Below the pieces are notes generated by a model, which saw only the letters and a list, made by a program, of their open reading frames with translations, made no database searches and was not told where the DNA came from. The position numbers and the translations under genes are program-made. Shown piece after piece: positions 60,352 through 64,000 of a DNA stretch of 64,000 nt; the stretch's first letter is position 1, and each line of letters begins with the position of its first letter. Source of the stretch: Myxococcales bacterium (GTDB lineage: Bacteria > Myxococcota_A > UBA9160 > UBA4427); assembly GCA_014240165.1 (NCBI GenBank), contig JAAZXM010000009.1:18624-82623 (forward strand), read 5' to 3'.

Positions 60352-61284
60352 ATGAGCCTCAAGATCGCACTCTTCGGACAAGCGCCCTTCGGGCGAGATG
60401 TGGCGGTTCGCCTGGCGGAAGCGGGTCACGAACTCGTAGCGGTTCACGTTCCGCCGGACGCACCCAATCGCGTGGACCCGCTGGCCGCGGAAAGCGACGA
60501 GCGCGGATGGCCTCTCTACCGCCACAAGGCCTATCGCCGGAAGGGGGTTGCCCTGCCGGCGCGCGTGGACGAGTACTTGGCCCAGGGCGCCGAACTCAAC
60601 GTGATGGCCTTTACCACGGTGATCCTGCCGCCGGAGATCGTCGACGCACCGCGCCTGGGATCGCTTTGTTTTCATCCTTCCCTGCTGCCCGCGTTTCGGG
60701 GGGGCAATGCCCTGGCCTGGCAGATCATCGAGGGCGTCGCCGAGAGTGGGGTGACGGTCTTTCGTCCCGATGCCGGGGTCGATACGGGGCCCATCGTGAT
60801 CCAGAAGCGTGGCGTCGTCGTGGCCCCGGAAGCCACCAGCGCCTCCCTGTATTTCGACGAACTCTATCCCCTGGGTGTCGACGCCATGGCGGAGGCCGTG
60901 GCGGCGGTGGCCGACGGCAGCGCACGTTTTGCCCCCCAATCCGAGGAGGGCGCGAGCTTCCAGGGGCTGGTGGACGACACGGTGGCGCGGATTGCCTGGG
61001 ACAAACCCGGAACCGAACTCGATCGGCTGATTCGGGGCTGCGATCCCCAACCCGGGGCCTGGGCTGAATTGGGCGGCGAGCGGCTCCGGCTCTACGGAGC
61101 CAGCGTCTCGGCCTCGGACCACGGGGCGGCTCCGGGCAGTGTGCTGGAAGCGGCACCCGGCGGCCCCGCCGTATTGGCCGCTGCCGGGGGCGTGGCGCTC
61201 ACCATCGCGCGGGTTCGGGGGCCCGATGGCGCCAAGCAGAGCGCCGGGGACTACGGCTTCCGGCCGGGAGACCGTCTCCAGTAG
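60352..61284 (+). CDS. Formyltransferase-family protein (Fmt/ArnA-N-like paralogue)
   Basis: MSLKIALFGQAPFG..., SLCFHPSLLPAFRGGNA and FRPDAGVDTGPIV motifs, plus a C-terminal Fmt_C-like domain. Confidence 0.75.
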   Translation: MSLKIALFGQAPFGRDVAVRLAEAGHELVAVHVPPDAPNRVDPLAAESDERGWPLYRHKAYRRKGVALPARVDEYLAQGAELNVMAFTTVILPPEIVDAPRLGSLCFHPSLLPAFRGGNALAWQIIEGVAESGVTVFRPDAGVDTGPIVIQKRGVVVAPEATSASLYFDELYPLGVDAMAEAVAAVADGSARFAPQSEEGASFQGLVDDTVARIAWDKPGTELDRLIRGCDPQPGAWAELGGERLRLYGASVSASDHGAAPGSVLEAAPGGPAVLAAAGGVALTIARVRGPDGAKQSAGDYGFRPGDRLQ

Positions 61285-61290
61285 CGAGGG

Positions 61291-61315
61291 AAAACCCCTC
61301 CAAATAAGGGGTTTT
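61291..61315 (+). terminator. Intrinsic terminator AAAACCCCT-ccaaata-AGGGGTTTT
   Basis: Perfect 9-bp stem beginning 7 nt after the stop codon. A-tract/T-tract symmetry suggests a bidirectional terminator. Confidence 0.65.
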
Positions 61316-61598
61316 GCCAGGGATCCCATGGATTTCCGCGAAAACCGCGCGCGGGGGCTCAGCCTAGGGCGAAACACCGCCGATGGTCGAGAGCGTCCGT
61401 GGAGGATTCGGATCCCCCGCGGGCGAAAGTGAGTCTGTGGGCTATGCGGCATTTCGGGGTCGCATAGCACGCGCTGGGCCGCTAATGTGCGGCCCGCTCG
61501 ATCTTCAAATAACCCCCCGAAACTCCGTGGTATTGAGATCGACCACCTGCCGGAAGCGGCCAGTCATTGGCCTTTGCTCCGCGCTTTGATTGAGGCGA

Positions 61599-63704
61599 AT
61601 GATGGTCACCAACATCGAGAACGTCCGAAATATTGGCATCAGTGCACATATCGACTCGGGCAAGACAACCCTGACCGAGCGCGTGCTCTTTTACACCGGC
61701 CGAATCCACGCCATTCACGAGGTTCGTGGCAAGGATGAGGTGGGGGCCACCATGGATTCCATGGAGCTCGAACGCGAGCGTGGCATCACCATCGCGTCGG
61801 CGGCGACCCATTGTGTCTGGGAGGATTCCCAGATCAATATCATCGATACCCCCGGCCACGTGGACTTCACCATCGAGGTGGAGCGCGCGTTGCGGGTGCT
61901 CGACGGTGCCGTCCTGATTCTTTGCGGCGTGGCTGGCGTGCAGTCCCAGTCCATGACGGTGGATCGCCAGATGAAGCGGTACAAGGTCCCGCGCATCGCC
62001 TTCATCAACAAGCTCGATCGATCGGGGGCCGACCCCGCCAAGGTGACCCAACAGCTCTGCGAAAAGCTCGGACACAACGCGGTGCTCTTCCAGCTGCCGA
62101 TTGGTCTCGAGGCGGAGTTCGACGGTGTGGTGGACCTGATTCGCATGAAGGCATTGATGTTCGAGGGCGAAAACGGCGAAAACGTGGCGGAAAAGGATAT
62201 CCCCGAAGCCATGATGGACGCCGCGGCGATAGCCCGGGAGACCATGCTGGACGCCGTTTCGATGTTCTCGGACGACCTCACCGAGGCGATTCTCGAGGAG
62301 AAGGTCACCGAGGAGCTCATTCACGAGGCCGCCCGTCTGGGCACGCTGTCCATGGACCTGACCCCGGTCTTCCTGGGTTCGGCGTACAAGAACAAGGGCG
62401 TTCAGCCCCTGCTCGACGCGGTGACCGCTTATCTCCCCAGCCCGCTGGATATCCGCAACACGGGCGTGGATCTCTCCAACGACGAAGCCGAGATGGAGGT
62501 CTACAGCGATCCGGACAAGCCGCTGGTGGCCCTGGCGTTCAAGCTCGAGGATACGCGCTATGGCCAGTTGACCTATTTGCGTGTCTACCAGGGAACCCTG
62601 GCCAAGGGGCATACGATCTTCAACTCGCGCACCAAGAAGAAGGTCAAGGTGGGTCGGCTGATTCGCATGCATTCGGATGAGATGGAGGAGATCAGCGAGT
62701 CCTCCGCCGGCGATATCGTGGCGCTCTTCGGCATCGACTGTGCCTCGGGTGACACGTTCACCGATGGCAAGCTCGATATGGCGATGAGCTCGATGCACGT
62801 GCCGGATCCGGTGATTTCGCTTTCCATCACGCCCAAGGATCAGAAGAGCACGGACAATATGGGCAAGGCCCTGGGTCGCTTCGTGCGTGAGGACCCGACG
62901 TTCCGCGCTGGGGTGGATCCCGAGAGCAACGAGACGGTGATCTCGGGGATGGGCGAGCTTCATCTCGACGTCTACGTCGAGCGGATGAAGCGCGAATACA
63001 GCTGCGAGGTCGAGACCGGTCAGCCCCAGGTGGCCTACCGGGAGACGATTTCACGCAAGGTCGACTTCACCTACACGCACAAGAAGCAGACCGGCGGCTC
63101 GGGCCAATTCGGCCGGGTGGCGGGTCGCGCGGAGCCGATTCCCGACGGAGATGACGGCGATCCCGATTTTCAGTTCGTCAGCGAGATCCGGGGCGGATCG
63201 ATTCCCACGGAGTATATCCCTGCAGTGGAGAAGGGTTTTCGTCAATCCCTCAGCAAGGGACGCCTGATCGGATTCCCGGTACTCGGGCTTCGGGTGGTGA
63301 TCGACGATGGCCAATCCCACAGCGTGGATTCATCGGAAATGGCTTTCCAGGCCGCGGCGAGGGGCGCCTTCCGAACCTTCTACGACAAGGCCAAACCCCA
63401 GATTCTTGAACCGATTATGAAGCTCGAGGTTGAGGGTCCCGGCGAGTTTCAGGGCGCTATCTTGAAGACGATCATGCAACGTCGCGGACACGTCATCGGA
63501 TCTACCGAGGAGGAAGGTTTCTCCCGAGTCGAGGCCGAGGTTCCGCTGAGCGAAATGTTCGGCTACGCGACGGACCTGCGCTCCATGACCCAGGGCAAGG
63601 CGGAATTCACCATGGAGTTCGCCAAGTACGCGCCCGCTCCCGCCGAGGTTCAGAAGGAACTCAGGGAGAAGTACAAGTCCAAGATCCCGGAAGACGAGGA
63701 TTGA
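61599..63704 (+). CDS. fusA: Elongation factor G paralogue (stand-alone, outside the str operon)
   Basis: [32 protein letters not shown] and NKLDR GTPase motifs plus domains II-V. ATG 61599 after the GAGG RBS (the ORF opens with TTG at 61590). Confidence 0.9.
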   Translation: MMVTNIENVRNIGISAHIDSGKTTLTERVLFYTGRIHAIHEVRGKDEVGATMDSMELERERGITIASAATHCVWEDSQINIIDTPGHVDFTIEVERALRVLDGAVLILCGVAGVQSQSMTVDRQMKRYKVPRIAFINKLDRSGADPAKVTQQLCEKLGHNAVLFQLPIGLEAEFDGVVDLIRMKALMFEGENGENVAEKDIPEAMMDAAAIARETMLDAVSMFSDDLTEAILEEKVTEELIHEAARLGTLSMDLTPVFLGSAYKNKGVQPLLDAVTAYLPSPLDIRNTGVDLSNDEAEMEVYSDPDKPLVALAFKLEDTRYGQLTYLRVYQGTLAKGHTIFNSRTKKKVKVGRLIRMHSDEMEEISESSAGDIVALFGIDCASGDTFTDGKLDMAMSSMHVPDPVISLSITPKDQKSTDNMGKALGRFVREDPTFRAGVDPESNETVISGMGELHLDVYVERMKREYSCEVETGQPQVAYRETISRKVDFTYTHKKQTGGSGQFGRVAGRAEPIPDGDDGDPDFQFVSEIRGGSIPTEYIPAVEKGFRQSLSKGRLIGFPVLGLRVVIDDGQSHSVDSSEMAFQAAARGAFRTFYDKAKPQILEPIMKLEVEGPGEFQGAILKTIMQRRGHVIGSTEEEGFSRVEAEVPLSEMFGYATDLRSMTQGKAEFTMEFAKYAPAPAEVQKELREKYKSKIPEDED

Positions 63705-63735
63705 TCTCCGGCCGAGCAGTCTTAGAGAGGCATCG

Positions 63736-64000
63736 ATGTATAGAAAATTTGTAAATGCCCGAAGCCCCATGCGGTTGCTCGAGAAGGGCCTGCACGGAGG
63801 GCTCGGGGTTGGAAACCTGGGCGCGTGTGTCGCCGGCCACGGAGTGGGAAAGTCGTCCTTCCTGGTGGGCGTCGCGATCGACGAGTTGCTTCGGGGGGGC
63901 ACGGTCCTTCACGTGGTGCTGGATCAGACCGTTTCCCATGTGCGCGATTATTACGACACGGTCTATCTGGCCCTGGCGGAGAGTACGCATCTCGATGAAC
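63736..64000 (+). CDS. RecA-superfamily P-loop ATPase (KaiC/DnaB-like), 3'-truncated by the window end
   Basis: My translation: MYRKFVNARSPMRLLEKGLHGGLGVGNLGACVAGHGVGKSSFLVGVAIDELLRGG.., i.e. G..LxGGLxxG....GxxGxGKS. AGAGAGG RBS. 31 nt after the EF-G stop. Confidence 0.5.
   Translation, partial: MYRKFVNARSPMRLLEKGLHGGLGVGNLGACVAGHGVGKSSFLVGVAIDELLRGGTVLHVVLDQTVSHVRDYYDTVYLALAESTHLDE

Overview
High-GC (roughly 65-70%) bacterial chromosomal window, densely coded on both strands. I call about 60 CDS, 3 tRNAs (Asn-GTT, Pro-CGG, Ser-CGA) and an SRP (4.5S) RNA. A near-canonical MglA/MglB gliding-motility GTPase pair suggests a Myxococcota-like (deltaproteobacterial) host. Housekeeping blocks are priA-def-fmt-rsmB-rpe, ffs-dnaX-ybaB-recR, infA, greA and a stand-alone EF-G paralogue. 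The rest is envelope and catabolic content: TonB receptor, RND/MMPL exporter, GT39-TPR, PQQ quinohemoprotein alcohol dehydrogenase, BVMO, CoA-transferase, MaoC, alpha/beta hydrolases. The best candidate system is at 18.7-23.1 kb: a DUF692 (MNIO) enzyme, a DUF2063 partner and a Sec-exported 4-Cys DUF2282 precursor. This is a bufferin/gig-type RiPP metallophore cluster, but the precursor comes last, no DoxX gene is adjacent, and a TonB-dependent receptor follows directly, as in methanobactin loci. Other leads: two secreted proteins with long codon-diversified (D/E)R(S/P) tails that bracket an OMP / SGNH-TPR operon (4.1-10 kb); an AT-rich ~0.9-1.2 kb ORF-poor island at the 3' end of tRNA-Pro with two tandem-repeat arrays; two housekeeping genes (arsC-like, fmt) whose conserved N-termini can only be reached from CTG starts; two alpha/beta-fold proteins without the nucleophile serine; and a ~600 nt untranslated leader ending in a strong hairpin-U7 just upstream of an LLM oxidoreductase gene. 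No CRISPR array, integrase, transposase or rRNA was seen. All family assignments come from reading the translated ORFs and recalling motifs. No database search was run.
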